The notes beneath the pieces were generated by a model, which ran no database searches, was not told the DNA's origin, and worked only from the letters and a program-made list of their open reading frames with translations. A DNA stretch of 64,000 bases from Candidatus Bathyarchaeota archaeon. Its GTDB lineage: Archaea > Thermoproteota > Bathyarchaeia > Hecatellales > Hecatellaceae. Location of the stretch: assembly GCA_052246995.1 (NCBI GenBank), contig JBQPWD010000004.1, positions 32,001 to 96,000 of the forward strand, written 5' to 3'. The number at the start of each line of letters is the position of its first letter. Positions within the stretch are counted from its first letter, which is position 1. The position numbers were made by a program, and so were the translations under genes. Below are positions 20,463 to 30,482 of the stretch, piece by piece.

Positions 20463-21257
20463 CTAAATATAGTAGGTTTGTTTTTTAAGGTCAAACGTTC
20501 TTGAAAGCTCCTCTAACGCTTGACGTTCAATTTCCTCTAATTTTCTGATGAAATCTTCAGTTAGTTTTACCTGTTTTTCTATTTCTGCCAAGTCGATTTT
20601 AACATCTAAAATCTTAGTTAAAGTTTCCAGAATTGTTTGAACAGGTTTTACGTCCACAACCATTCTTCCTGAAGGTGTTAAATAGCTCACCGTTTCAGCA
20701 AATAGGCATATTCCTTCTATCTTTTTAAGCTTAGCCAATCCAAAAATCAAGCCATTTAAACCTCTAACATAACCTTTATCTAAGATTTTAATGTTGTACT
20801 TTTTAAGCTCGTTTAACGTTTCTTTTTCTGTTGCAACAGCGTAAACTTTAGGTTTACCATTGTCAGAGTATCCTTTAACAAGATAAGCTGAAAAAGTAAA
20901 AACTTTTTTAACATTAAGCTCTTCAGCTAAGTTTAAAACTTCATATGCAACCTCATATTGACCCTCTGGTGTTAAAGGCTGGGTGTTTCCAGTAAAAAGT
21001 ACTAAGTCGTTTTTTTGCGTGTTATTTCTCCAAAAATATAGTTCATTTTTCATCAGTTCAACAGTTCCATCGTTTTTAACAAGAACATAGGATGGGAAGT
21101 AGTTTGAGTAAATCTCCCTAAAAAGTTTAGCGTTAAGCTTCTCTATAAGATAGTCAATAACATGCTTGGCTATTAAACTGCTATCCATTGTTCCGCATAA
21201 CAGGCATGGTTGACTTAAACTTAACTCAGAAATTAAATGTCTGACCCTCACACTCAT
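20463..21257 (-). CDS. PAC2 family proteasome assembly chaperone-like protein with C-terminal HbYX-like tail
   Basis: YSNYFP, GNTQP, GQYEVA, GLNGLIFG; C-terminus YYI. Confidence 0.85.
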   Translation of the reverse strand: MSVRVRHLISELSLSQPCLLCGTMDSSLIAKHVIDYLIEKLNAKLFREIYSNYFPSYVLVKNDGTVELMKNELYFWRNNTQKNDLVLFTGNTQPLTPEGQYEVAYEVLNLAEELNVKKVFTFSAYLVKGYSDNGKPKVYAVATEKETLNELKKYNIKILDKGYVRGLNGLIFGLAKLKKIEGICLFAETVSYLTPSGRMVVDVKPVQTILETLTKILDVKIDLAEIEKQVKLTEDFIRKLEEIERQALEELSRTFDLKKQTYYI

Positions 21258-21314
21258 CTTTTTACTCCCATAATTTTTCTGCCTTACGAATATTTAAGGG
21301 ATTTAAAAGTCTAA

Positions 21315-21785
21315 TTGCATAATATCTTTAAAAATGAAATGGTCACCCCAGCTTTGACAGTATACACCATTGGTCATAGCACAAGAAAAATGAGAGAGTT
21401 TTTTAAAGTTTTGTCCTCTTATCATATCAAATCCGTAATTGATGTAAGAAGATTTCCTACTAGCAGTAAATTTCCGTGGTTTAACAAGGACAATCTTAGC
21501 AAAAGGCTTGGTAATCTAGGTATAAACTATTTTCATCTTCCAGAGCTTGGAGGTTTTAGAAGAGGGGGGTATAAAACGTTTATGAAAACTCCTGAGTTTA
21601 AGGTTGGAATTAAAAAACTTTTAAAAATTTTAGAAGAAAATAAAGGCTCAATAGCCATTATGTGTAGTGAAAAGTTTTTTTGGCGTTGTCATAGAAGGTT
21701 TATTGCTGATTTTTTAACCAATCTTGGATTTGAAGTTAACCATATATTGAACGGTAAAGTTTATAGGCATAAATTAAAGCTTTAA
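21315..21785 (+). CDS. DUF488 family protein
   Basis: YTIGHS, DVRRFP, LGGFR, MCSE...CHRRFIAD. Confidence 0.88.
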   Translation: MHNIFKNEMVTPALTVYTIGHSTRKMREFFKVLSSYHIKSVIDVRRFPTSSKFPWFNKDNLSKRLGNLGINYFHLPELGGFRRGGYKTFMKTPEFKVGIKKLLKILEENKGSIAIMCSEKFFWRCHRRFIADFLTNLGFEVNHILNGKVYRHKLKL

Positions 21786-21825
21786 AGCTTTAACCTTCTT
21801 AAGGTGTAGTTTTACGGAGTCACAC

Positions 21826-22608
21826 TTGTCGCTTATTACAACTTTAGAAGTTTTTAAGTTAGCTTTTACATTAGCCATACTTAGTTATGCTTCATGGTCT
21901 GACTGGAAAACTAGGGAAGTTACTAACTACGCTTGGGTTATTTTTGCACCAGTAGGTTTAGCTTTAACATTTTTGGAGATACATCTTAGTGGAAACATTG
22001 TGCTGCTATACTCTCTAGCGATATCGACCATAGTTATATCAGGATTATCCATACCAGCTTTTTATCTTGGATTCTTTGGCGGAGCGGATGTTAAAGCGTT
22101 TTTATGCTTAGCTTTAACTTTTCCATGGCCTCTTAAAACTTTTCAACCATTACTGGCTTTTAACCAAGTTTTTCCTTTTTCCTTCTCAATTTTTACTAAC
22201 AGCTTAATTTTAAGCCTTCTTTTAATTCCAGCAATACTCTTTAAAAATTTTTTATTCAAAATTAGGGGGGGTTCTCTTTTTGATGGTTTCGAGGAAGAAA
22301 AAGTTTACAAAAAGTTTTTTGCTCTATTTTTGGGGTTTAAAGTTAAAAAAGAGATGGTAACAACAAGACCTTACATGTTTACGGTTTTAGAGGAAAAACA
22401 AACAGCTGAGGATGGGAAAACTAGGAGAAAATTAAATCTTTCTATTAAACCTATTTACTGGAAAAATACCAACAACGTTAAAGAGCTACCTGATGATGTA
22501 TGGGTTACCCCAACCATACCAATGATAGTGTTCATAGAAGCAGGGATAATTACCTCGATTTTTTTAGGAGACATTATTTCCTGGATTTTTACAATGATTC
22601 TCCGATAA
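21826..22608 (+). CDS. Prepilin/preflagellin peptidase (A24, PibD/FlaK-like)
   Basis: ASWSDWKTREV, GGAD(VK) catalytic motif, VWVTPTIP. Confidence 0.9.
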   Translation: MSLITTLEVFKLAFTLAILSYASWSDWKTREVTNYAWVIFAPVGLALTFLEIHLSGNIVLLYSLAISTIVISGLSIPAFYLGFFGGADVKAFLCLALTFPWPLKTFQPLLAFNQVFPFSFSIFTNSLILSLLLIPAILFKNFLFKIRGGSLFDGFEEEKVYKKFFALFLGFKVKKEMVTTRPYMFTVLEEKQTAEDGKTRRKLNLSIKPIYWKNTNNVKELPDDVWVTPTIPMIVFIEAGIITSIFLGDIISWIFTMILR

Positions 22609-22864
22609 ATTTAAGCTGAAGGTTTAGCTTATATTCTTGGATTTATTTAGAGTTGTTTTTGTTTGTTAAACTAATTATAAATTATGCTTTCAGTTTCTCT
22701 TTTACCTACCATTTTAACGTTTAAAACTTTTTACTAATTAAGGAAGCTAAAGATTCCTATTTTAAAAATCTTCATGCCCTTGAAAGCCATGTTTTCAGCT
22801 TCTCATAACAACGGAGAAGTTATGTATTTATTAGTAAAAAGCAAATATTATTGAGGATGGTAAA

Positions 22865-23290
22865 TTGGAGAAGGTTACAAGAATTAGTATAACCATACCT
22901 AAGGAGCTTCTTAAAGAATTCGATGAAACAAGCCGAACGGTCGGGTACAGGAAACGCTCAAGAGCTGTAAGTGAGGCTATTAGAAAATTTATAGCTGAGC
23001 ATAAACTTTTAGAGAAAATAAAATTGGGCGATTGCGCCGGAACTATCACATACACCTACAATCACGAAGTTAGAGGTTTACCGGATAGAATAACAGAAAT
23101 TCAACATAGATACTCGGACATCATTAGCTCAACTTTACATATACATTTAGACGAGAAAAATTGCCTTGAAAATCTTATGGTGAGGGGTAGTGTAGACAAG
23201 GTTAAAAAACTGGTTAAAAGACTAAAATCATCAAGGATAGAAAATTTACAATACATACTTCTACCATTATCCTCAAAAAAGCTAAGTTAA
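22865..23290 (+). CDS. nikR: Nickel-responsive regulator NikR family
   Basis: RHH N-terminus (RISITIP, RSRAV); Ni ligands QH, LHIHL, CLE. Confidence 0.9.
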   Translation: MEKVTRISITIPKELLKEFDETSRTVGYRKRSRAVSEAIRKFIAEHKLLEKIKLGDCAGTITYTYNHEVRGLPDRITEIQHRYSDIISSTLHIHLDEKNCLENLMVRGSVDKVKKLVKRLKSSRIENLQYILLPLSSKKLS

Positions 23291-23301
23291 AACTGTCTAC
23301 A

Positions 23302-24369
23302 CTACTTTTTGGGTTTTATATAGTCTTTACCTTTAGCCTTTAAAGAGCCAACAACAACCCTAAAATACGATTTACCACTTCTTTTATCTTCAACCTCTTC
23401 TAATACTCCTCTTACGTTAACCCATTCACCTTCAGAAAAAATTCCACAATATAAGCCTTCATACGAAACAATTTCATCAATATCAACCTTAGCTTTAGGA
23501 AATTTACATACTGCTTCTTCAATTTTGTAGGTTGAGGGCATGAATATTGATTCTTCAACATTTAAAATTTTTGCATCAACATCAACCAAATCTTTTTGGT
23601 GAACAATTTTTTCACCATATTTTTCTCTAACTTCACTACCAAGCCTAATTGGATGGATTGAAAACATTTTTTCTTCAAAAATACCCCTATTCCATATACG
23701 TCTATAAAGCTCCTTAGCTTCGTCAACTGTTAGAGGGTAAAGTTTAGCTTTGTCACTACACCAGTCTTGAAGTATTTTTCCTGTAAATTTTGATAAACCT
23801 GAAGAAGAACTCTTGTACAGGTCAAGCACAGCTTCTTTAACTTTTAAGCTATTTTCTAAACCGTAAACTGTTATATCAATATCTGAGAAATCTGGGTTAT
23901 GTATTTTAAGTAAAATAGATCCTGTAACACCGAAAAACTTCTCGGGAACACCGCTAACCTCAGACAATTTTAAAATAAGTTTTAAAGCTTTATTCTCTAA
24001 ATAGTCTAGTTTTTTATTCTGGGCAATAATTTCCGAAATTCTTTCCTCAGGACGTAGATGAAGCTTAATGCTGTTTAAGGGTACACTTGAAAATTTAAAG
24101 CCGCAGGTTTCGTCATAAGTAATATACTTTGGATAGTTTGTTTCAAGGTAGGTTAACGTTTTTTCAATCTGAGGTATAGTGTAAAATGTTAAAATTCTTT
24201 CATAACCACCTTTTAGGTTATCTCTTGGAACATACTTTAAATAGGAAATAACCCTCCTAGGAGGATGGACATATCCCACCACACAAAAAAACAGGTTCTC
24301 AACGGTTTGAACATAATCTCTATCCTTAAACTCGCCCTTAAACCTTAACATTTGAGATAAACCCCTCAA
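23302..24369 (-). CDS. Predicted archaeal nucleotidyltransferase (pol-beta superfamily), paralog 2
   Basis: HP..RVISYLKYVP, GVTGS...SDIDITVYG, OB-like C-terminus. Confidence 0.78.
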   Translation of the reverse strand: MRGLSQMLRFKGEFKDRDYVQTVENLFFCVVGYVHPPRRVISYLKYVPRDNLKGGYERILTFYTIPQIEKTLTYLETNYPKYITYDETCGFKFSSVPLNSIKLHLRPEERISEIIAQNKKLDYLENKALKLILKLSEVSGVPEKFFGVTGSILLKIHNPDFSDIDITVYGLENSLKVKEAVLDLYKSSSSGLSKFTGKILQDWCSDKAKLYPLTVDEAKELYRRIWNRGIFEEKMFSIHPIRLGSEVREKYGEKIVHQKDLVDVDAKILNVEESIFMPSTYKIEEAVCKFPKAKVDIDEIVSYEGLYCGIFSEGEWVNVRGVLEEVEDKRSGKSYFRVVVGSLKAKGKDYIKPKK

Positions 24370-24375
24370 AAATGC

Positions 24376-25377
24376 TTAATCTTTTGGGTAAAAAAGGTCA
24401 CCACTTTCCCCAATAATAACTCTAAAGTACTCACCTTTAACGGATAAAACCTTTTCAAGTTTGCCTTTAACATAAACCCTCTCAAATTTTTTAGCTTGTT
24501 CACAAAACCTTCCTCTAAAAGATACCACCTCTTTTACCATACCAGGGTCTTTAAGGGTTCTGTTAATCACCGAAACATTTCCTAACTTATATTTTGATGG
24601 TGTAAATATAGCTTCGCTGTCATCAACAACATCAGCTTCAAGCTCAATAGACCCCACATACCTGTAGTATTTTTCACCATATCTTTCATCCCCCTCCCAG
24701 ATGTTTTTAATAAACCTAATAAAGTACTCTCTTTGGTTAAAAAATCCTTGAAAAAGTTTTCTTGATTCAACTTTAACAAATTTCTCAAAAGGTAGAGGGG
24801 AATCCTTAACCCTAAACGTATAAAGCTTCTTAAGCTGGTCTTCTTCATATGGTTTTATTAAACCCTCACTTAAAAGCTTTCTAAGAGCGCTATGCACAGC
24901 TTTACATTCTTCTGTACCATAAACAACTAAATCTATATCTGAATCCTCTTTATGTAAACTAACCATAACCGAGCCTGAAACACCTAAACTCGACGGGGAG
25001 ATAGAAGCAAATTTACAAATAAGTTTTACAAACTTAACAGAATCTTCTTCAAGCTTATCAAGATTAATTTTGGTTAAAAGTAGTTGTAGAAATTTTTGTG
25101 GGTGGTAAAATCTTTTAATTCTGGTTCTTGGCACCTCAGCCAAAATGCTATTAAAAACAGGATCAAACCTTAAATATTCAGGAAATTTTTCTTTTAAAAA
25201 AAGGAGAGAATCGGTTAAAGACAAAAATTTTTTGTAACCTTTTCTTTCACCATTTGGAATGTACTTGGGATAAGCTATAACGTAAGTTGGTGGATGAATG
25301 TTTCCTTTTACAGCAAAAATAATACCTTCTAAACTTTCAAGATAATCACCTTCCATTGGAAGGTGTTCTAAATCCAA
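24376..25377 (-). CDS. Predicted archaeal nucleotidyltransferase (pol-beta superfamily), paralog 1
   Basis: HP..VIAYPKYIP, GVSGS...SDIDLVVYG, OB-like C-terminus. Confidence 0.78.
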   Translation of the reverse strand: MDLEHLPMEGDYLESLEGIIFAVKGNIHPPTYVIAYPKYIPNGERKGYKKFLSLTDSLLFLKEKFPEYLRFDPVFNSILAEVPRTRIKRFYHPQKFLQLLLTKINLDKLEEDSVKFVKLICKFASISPSSLGVSGSVMVSLHKEDSDIDLVVYGTEECKAVHSALRKLLSEGLIKPYEEDQLKKLYTFRVKDSPLPFEKFVKVESRKLFQGFFNQREYFIRFIKNIWEGDERYGEKYYRYVGSIELEADVVDDSEAIFTPSKYKLGNVSVINRTLKDPGMVKEVVSFRGRFCEQAKKFERVYVKGKLEKVLSVKGEYFRVIIGESGDLFYPKD

Positions 25378-25566
25378 TTTTCCACTCCTTATTCTGTTTT
25401 CACGTTTTTAAACCTACTATCTATTAATTTACTGGAAAATTAAGCATTACGGAAAAAACTTAATTAAAGAAGAGCCACTTTAGCTGCGCTATACCTAGTT
25501 AACTCACAATTTAGGCTTGATAACTAACAAATATTTCCACCGTGCATAGTTAATTTTTGAGGCCTA

Positions 25567-26214
25567 TTGAGTAAAAAAGGAATCGTCGTACTGGCAGGTG
25601 GTAGAGGAGTTAGACTTAAAAGAAAACTTCCAAAGCCGCTTATAAAACTTCATGGAAAAACTCTTATTGAGCATGTTTTAGAAAAAGTTCAAAAAGTTTC
25701 AAAAAACGTAGTTATTGTTATTAGTAAGGAGGAGGATGAAAAAGCTTTTAGAGACATTGTTTCAGACCGTATACCAATACTTGTTGACGTGGTTAAGAAT
25801 GTTGGGCCTCTATCTGGAATGTTAACAGGTATGCAGAAAATTGAGGCAAATTACGTGTTAACTGTTCCATCAGACACTCCATTTATTAACCCTGAAATCT
25901 TAAAATACCTTTTTAAGAAAGCCAAGAGCCCGGTAGACGCTGTTGTCCCAATTTGGCCTAACAATTTTAAGGAGCCTCTTCAAGCGGTATACAAAAGGAA
26001 TTCAACAGTCAAGGTGTTAGAGGAAAATATTAAAGATGGAGAATTCTCAGTTTTAAGCTTAACGAGAAAATTAAAGAATGTCTTATACATTTCCGTCGAG
26101 GAACTTAAGGTTTTTGATCCTAAATTAATCACGTTTTTTAACATAAACACAGATAGAGACTTACTGCTGGCTAGAAAACTCGTTAGACTATACTCATCTA
26201 GGGTGGAAAAATAG
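25567..26214 (+). CDS. mobA: Molybdenum cofactor guanylyltransferase
   Basis: VLAGG, GPLSG, DTPF, EPLQAVY, FFNINT. Confidence 0.88.
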   Translation: MSKKGIVVLAGGRGVRLKRKLPKPLIKLHGKTLIEHVLEKVQKVSKNVVIVISKEEDEKAFRDIVSDRIPILVDVVKNVGPLSGMLTGMQKIEANYVLTVPSDTPFINPEILKYLFKKAKSPVDAVVPIWPNNFKEPLQAVYKRNSTVKVLEENIKDGEFSVLSLTRKLKNVLYISVEELKVFDPKLITFFNINTDRDLLLARKLVRLYSSRVEK

Positions 26215-26254
26215 ATAAAACTTTGATAATAAGAAGATAACTGTGGTGGTTTAA

Positions 26255-27103
26255 ATGGGTAAACCATCTAAGCTTTTATACATTAAAGAAAAGCACATAG
26301 TAACTATAATAATTAACAGACCTGAAGTTTTAAACTGTATTGACCCTGAAACAGATGCTCTTCTAGCTGACGCTTGGATTAAATTTAGAGAGGATGAAAA
26401 TGCTTATGTAGCAATAATAACTGGAGCTGGAGAAAAATCGTTTTGTACAGGAGCAGACTTAAAAAGCTGGCCTGAATATCTAAAAAGCCGTAATGTGAAT
26501 TTTTTAAGAAAACGGGCATACTATGGTCCTGGTTTTGGAGGCATAACTAGGGGTATTGAAGTTTTTAAACCTATAATTGCAGCTATTAATGGCATGTGCT
26601 ACGCTGGAGGCTTGGAAATTGCTCTTGCAACAGATATAAGATTGGCTGCAGAACATGCAAAATTTGGTGTTTTAAACAGAAGATGGAATGTGGGGTTAGG
26701 GGATGGTGGAACACAAAGACTTCCAAGAGTTATTGGGTTAGGTAGAGCTCTAGAACTCATTCTTACTGGAAAAGAGATTGACGCTTATGAGGCTTATAGG
26801 ATAGGTCTAGTAAACGAGGTTGTACCCAAGGATAAACTTATGAGTAGAGCTAAAGAAATTGCAAAAACTATATGTAAATATCCTCAAGGCTCTATAAGAA
26901 CAGATAAAGAGGCAGTAATTAGAGGAGTGGGTAAAGATTTAGAAGAAGGTTTGAGAATAGAAAACATGCTTTTCAACACACTACTTTTAACTCACGACTT
27001 TTATGAAGGCCCAAAAGCGTTTGCAGAAAAACGTAAACCAAAGTACACAAATGAGAAAGAAAAAATAGGAGGGTTAATTTCACACCATCTTCATGAAAGA
27101 TGA
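26255..27103 (+). CDS. Enoyl-CoA hydratase/isomerase (crotonase family)
   Basis: FCTGADL, KPIIAAING, GGLE, GGTQRLPR. Confidence 0.92.
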   Translation: MGKPSKLLYIKEKHIVTIIINRPEVLNCIDPETDALLADAWIKFREDENAYVAIITGAGEKSFCTGADLKSWPEYLKSRNVNFLRKRAYYGPGFGGITRGIEVFKPIIAAINGMCYAGGLEIALATDIRLAAEHAKFGVLNRRWNVGLGDGGTQRLPRVIGLGRALELILTGKEIDAYEAYRIGLVNEVVPKDKLMSRAKEIAKTICKYPQGSIRTDKEAVIRGVGKDLEEGLRIENMLFNTLLLTHDFYEGPKAFAEKRKPKYTNEKEKIGGLISHHLHER

Positions 27104-27382
27104 GGTTTAGAAAAACAACACAAAAACTTAACATTACACACAGTTTTCCATACAGGGGACATTCTACAAAGCCCTTTTCTTGTATAGTTGTTGTCGCATT
27201 TTTTTAAAAAGAAAAAAAGTTTTGATAGATTCGCTAGACACATAGCATGTTAACTATTGATCAAACTACTAAAATATGAAAAAAGTTGTCTTCCAATTTT
27301 TAATCTTAGGGTATTGCGGATAATTTGTCTACTTAAGAGTTGGGAAGTATAATATACAAGTTTTTAGCTTTTTAGGTTTATA

Positions 27383-29854
27383 GTGAGGTTAAGGAAGGTT
27401 AAGATGGAGTTTTACGGTTACATCGGAAAGATTGCAAGAATAAACCTTACAACAGGAAGTATTAAAGCTGAAACGTTAAACCCCAAAATAGCTTACAATT
27501 TCCTTGGTGGAAGGGGTTACGCGGCAAAGATTCTTTATGATGAGCTTAAACCGAACATTCCTCCACTAAGTGAGGAAAACAAGCTAATCTTCATGACTGG
27601 TCCACTAACAGGAACAGACTTTCCAGGGTCAGGTAGAATTTCCATAAGCACAAAGTCCCCTTTAACAGGGACAATTTTTGACTCTTCCATGGGAGGGTCT
27701 TTTGGAACATATCTTAAAAGGTCAGGATATGACGGAATCATTCTTGAGGGTGCAGCTAAAAACCCTACATACATTCTCGTTGACAACGAAAAAGTGTTTA
27801 TAGAAGATGCATCTAGCTTACAAGGTGCATCCACCTTCACCACCGAAGAAAAGTTAAGAAGCCAGCATGGAGTTTGCGGAGTTGCTTGTATTGGTCCTGC
27901 TGGTGAAAACCTTGTTTACCTTGCAAATATAATGTCTGAGGGACGTACAGCTGGTAGGGGTGGTTTAGGTGCTGTTATGGGTTCTAAAAACCTTAAAGCT
28001 ATAGTTGTTAAGGGTGAGAAAAAAGTAAAAATTTTTGATGAAAAAGCATACCGTGTTCTTTTAAAAAAGATTAGGTTCATAATCGAGAATGATCCATTCA
28101 CAGGTTTTGATGGAACTCTTTCAAAGTTTGGTACAGCAGGAATTGTTCATAGGATTAGAAGTGCAGGAATTCTGCCTGTGGAAGATTTTTCAGGTAAAAT
28201 GCTAAGCTTTGAGGAGGCTGACAAGTTTTCCGGTGAAAGTATTAGAGAGAAGTTTTATTTTGGTAGAAAGGGATGTTACTTATGTCCCACTGCCTGTGGA
28301 AGAAGAGTTAAAGTTGAGAATATCATCGTTAAAGGTCCAGAGTATGAATCAATAGTTATGCTTGGACCAAACTCTGGGTTTTATGATTATGAAGAAATAA
28401 CTAAGCTTGCTTTAGAGTGTGATAAGCTTGGTTTGGATACTATTTCTACTGGAAATATTCTGGGTTATGCCAGACAGATTGGCATTATTTCAACATTTAA
28501 AGATGCGTTAAAGTTAATTGAGGAGATAGCCTATCATAGGTCGGTATTCGCTAAAGGTTTAAAAAATGCGGCAAAAATTTTCGGTAGAGATGCTGCTGAG
28601 GTTAAAGGGCTAGAAATTCCAGCATACGATCCTAGAGGAGCTTTAGGTATAGCTTTAGCTTATGCAACATCAAACAGAGGAGGATGTCATCTTAGGGCGT
28701 ACACCATTGCACCTGAAATTTTAAGCAATCCTGTTTACGTTGACCCAGCCACCGAGGTAGGTAAAGCGGAAATTGTGAAGAGAATGCAAGATGTTTTTGC
28801 TGTTTATGATAGTAGCATTATATGTAAGTACCATGGCTTATCCTTGTTTACTAGCCTAAAGTTTGAAGTTGAAGATTTGGCAAGAATTTTAACAAGCTTG
28901 ACAGGATTTAGATTTACAAATAACATTCTCCATGAGATTGGAGGAAGAATTTACAATGTAGAGAGACTTTTTAACTCTAGAGAAGGGTTTACTGTTGAGG
29001 ATGATAAACTACCTAGAAGGTTTAACTTAGACCTAAGCAAACTTTTAGTAGAATATTATAATGTAAGAGGATGGATTGAAGGTAAGCCTCAGCTTCCACC
29101 AAGCTTGCGTGAGGTTGAATATTCCGGAAGAGGAGAGTTAGCAATTACTTCTCTTATGAAACTTAAACCTCCACAGATTCAAGTTGCATTAGACATGGAT
29201 GCCGAGTTGGATACCATCGTAAAAGTTGCACAACAATCCTATATTGGTGGTGCAAGAATAATCGAGGCTGGAACGCCTGCAATTAAAAGACATGGAGTTG
29301 AAAAACTTATACCTGCCTTAAGAGAGGTGGCACCTGAAGCTTTAATAGTTGCTGACATGAAGATAGCTGATGCAGGTAAACTAGAGGCTAGAATAGCTTT
29401 AAGGGCAGGAGCAGATATTGTTGCCGTTTTAGGGATTGGTGGAGTTGAGAAGATTAAAGAAGCTTTAGGAGAAGCTATTAGGAATGATTGTGCAATTTTG
29501 ATAGACTTAATAGACTGTGAAGACCCTATTAAAAGGGCTGAAGAGCTTATTAAAGTTTTAAAAGGAAAAGAGGATTGGGTTATCTTCTGTCTTCATCGAG
29601 GAATAAGTGAACAAATGAGAAGTAGAGGAATTTACGATCAGAAAAGCTTAATCTCAGAGTTTAGAAAGAAGATCAATGGTTTTACAATGGCTATAGCCGG
29701 AGGTATAAGGGAGGGGACAGCTGGGGAGATAGCCTCCTGTGGTGTTGAAATTATAATTGTTGGAAGTGCAATTTATAACTCGGTAAATCCTGTAGAAACA
29801 ACAAAACGTTTCCTAGATGAAGTTAGAAAGATGTATAAAAAAGTCAGCTCCTGA
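27383..29854 (+). CDS. Aldehyde:ferredoxin oxidoreductase fused to a C-terminal 3-hexulose-6-phosphate synthase-like (HPS/KGPDC) domain; start probably ATG at 27404
   Basis: AOR motifs GRGGLGAVMGSKNLKAI, CYLCPTAC, GPEYES, GLDTIS, YDPR, RGGCH. Then from about 29165 QVALD, IIEAGTP, ADMKIADAG, GAD, H-x-G, AGGI, VGSAI. Confidence 0.9.
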   Translation: MRLRKVKMEFYGYIGKIARINLTTGSIKAETLNPKIAYNFLGGRGYAAKILYDELKPNIPPLSEENKLIFMTGPLTGTDFPGSGRISISTKSPLTGTIFDSSMGGSFGTYLKRSGYDGIILEGAAKNPTYILVDNEKVFIEDASSLQGASTFTTEEKLRSQHGVCGVACIGPAGENLVYLANIMSEGRTAGRGGLGAVMGSKNLKAIVVKGEKKVKIFDEKAYRVLLKKIRFIIENDPFTGFDGTLSKFGTAGIVHRIRSAGILPVEDFSGKMLSFEEADKFSGESIREKFYFGRKGCYLCPTACGRRVKVENIIVKGPEYESIVMLGPNSGFYDYEEITKLALECDKLGLDTISTGNILGYARQIGIISTFKDALKLIEEIAYHRSVFAKGLKNAAKIFGRDAAEVKGLEIPAYDPRGALGIALAYATSNRGGCHLRAYTIAPEILSNPVYVDPATEVGKAEIVKRMQDVFAVYDSSIICKYHGLSLFTSLKFEVEDLARILTSLTGFRFTNNILHEIGGRIYNVERLFNSREGFTVEDDKLPRRFNLDLSKLLVEYYNVRGWIEGKPQLPPSLREVEYSGRGELAITSLMKLKPPQIQVALDMDAELDTIVKVAQQSYIGGARIIEAGTPAIKRHGVEKLIPALREVAPEALIVADMKIADAGKLEARIALRAGADIVAVLGIGGVEKIKEALGEAIRNDCAILIDLIDCEDPIKRAEELIKVLKGKEDWVIFCLHRGISEQMRSRGIYDQKSLISEFRKKINGFTMAIAGGIREGTAGEIASCGVEIIIVGSAIYNSVNPVETTKRFLDEVRKMYKKVSS

Positions 29855-29861
29855 GGCTGGG

Positions 29862-30449
29862 ATGAAGCCTCTTACAAGAAACTTCTATGCTAGAGATACA
29901 GTTGTTGTTGCAAAGGCTTTACTTGGGAAACTTCTTGTAAGAAGATTGGGTAAAAAAATGCTTATCGGTAAAATTGTTGAGGTTGAAGCTTATAAAGGAT
30001 TTGAAGACCCTGCAAGTCATGCGTACAGGGGTGAAACTTCTCGAAACAAAGTTATGTTTGGAAGAGCAGGACATGCGTACATCTACTTTACATATGGAAA
30101 CCATTATCTTTTGAATGTTAAAACAGAAAGGATTGGAGTGCCAGGAGCAGTCTTGATAAGGGCTTTAGAACCTTTAGTTGGAGTAGAAACTATGCTGAAG
30201 CTTAGAGGTGTAAATGATGTTAGAAATCTTACTAATGGACCTGGTAAACTTACTAAGGCGTTAAACATTACAGCAAAGTTAAATGGTTTGGATTTAACAA
30301 GGGAAAATAAACTTTTTATTTGTAAGCCTAAAAACAATGAAAAATTTGAGGTAGAATGTGGCAGAAGGGTAGGCATAAAGGTTGGTTTAGATAAACTTTG
30401 GAGATTTTATGTTAAAAACAATCCTTATATTTCAAAAAGTAAAACTTAG
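29862..30449 (+). CDS. DNA-3-methyladenine glycosylase (MPG/AAG family)
   Basis: IVEVEAY, DPASHAY, YIYFTYG, AVLIRALEP, GPGKL; ATG at 29862 avoids overlap with the upstream gene. Confidence 0.93.
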   Translation: MKPLTRNFYARDTVVVAKALLGKLLVRRLGKKMLIGKIVEVEAYKGFEDPASHAYRGETSRNKVMFGRAGHAYIYFTYGNHYLLNVKTERIGVPGAVLIRALEPLVGVETMLKLRGVNDVRNLTNGPGKLTKALNITAKLNGLDLTRENKLFICKPKNNEKFEVECGRRVGIKVGLDKLWRFYVKNNPYISKSKT

Positions 30450-30482
30450 GAGTAGTATAACGGTTTTTTAAAGTTTTGGATT

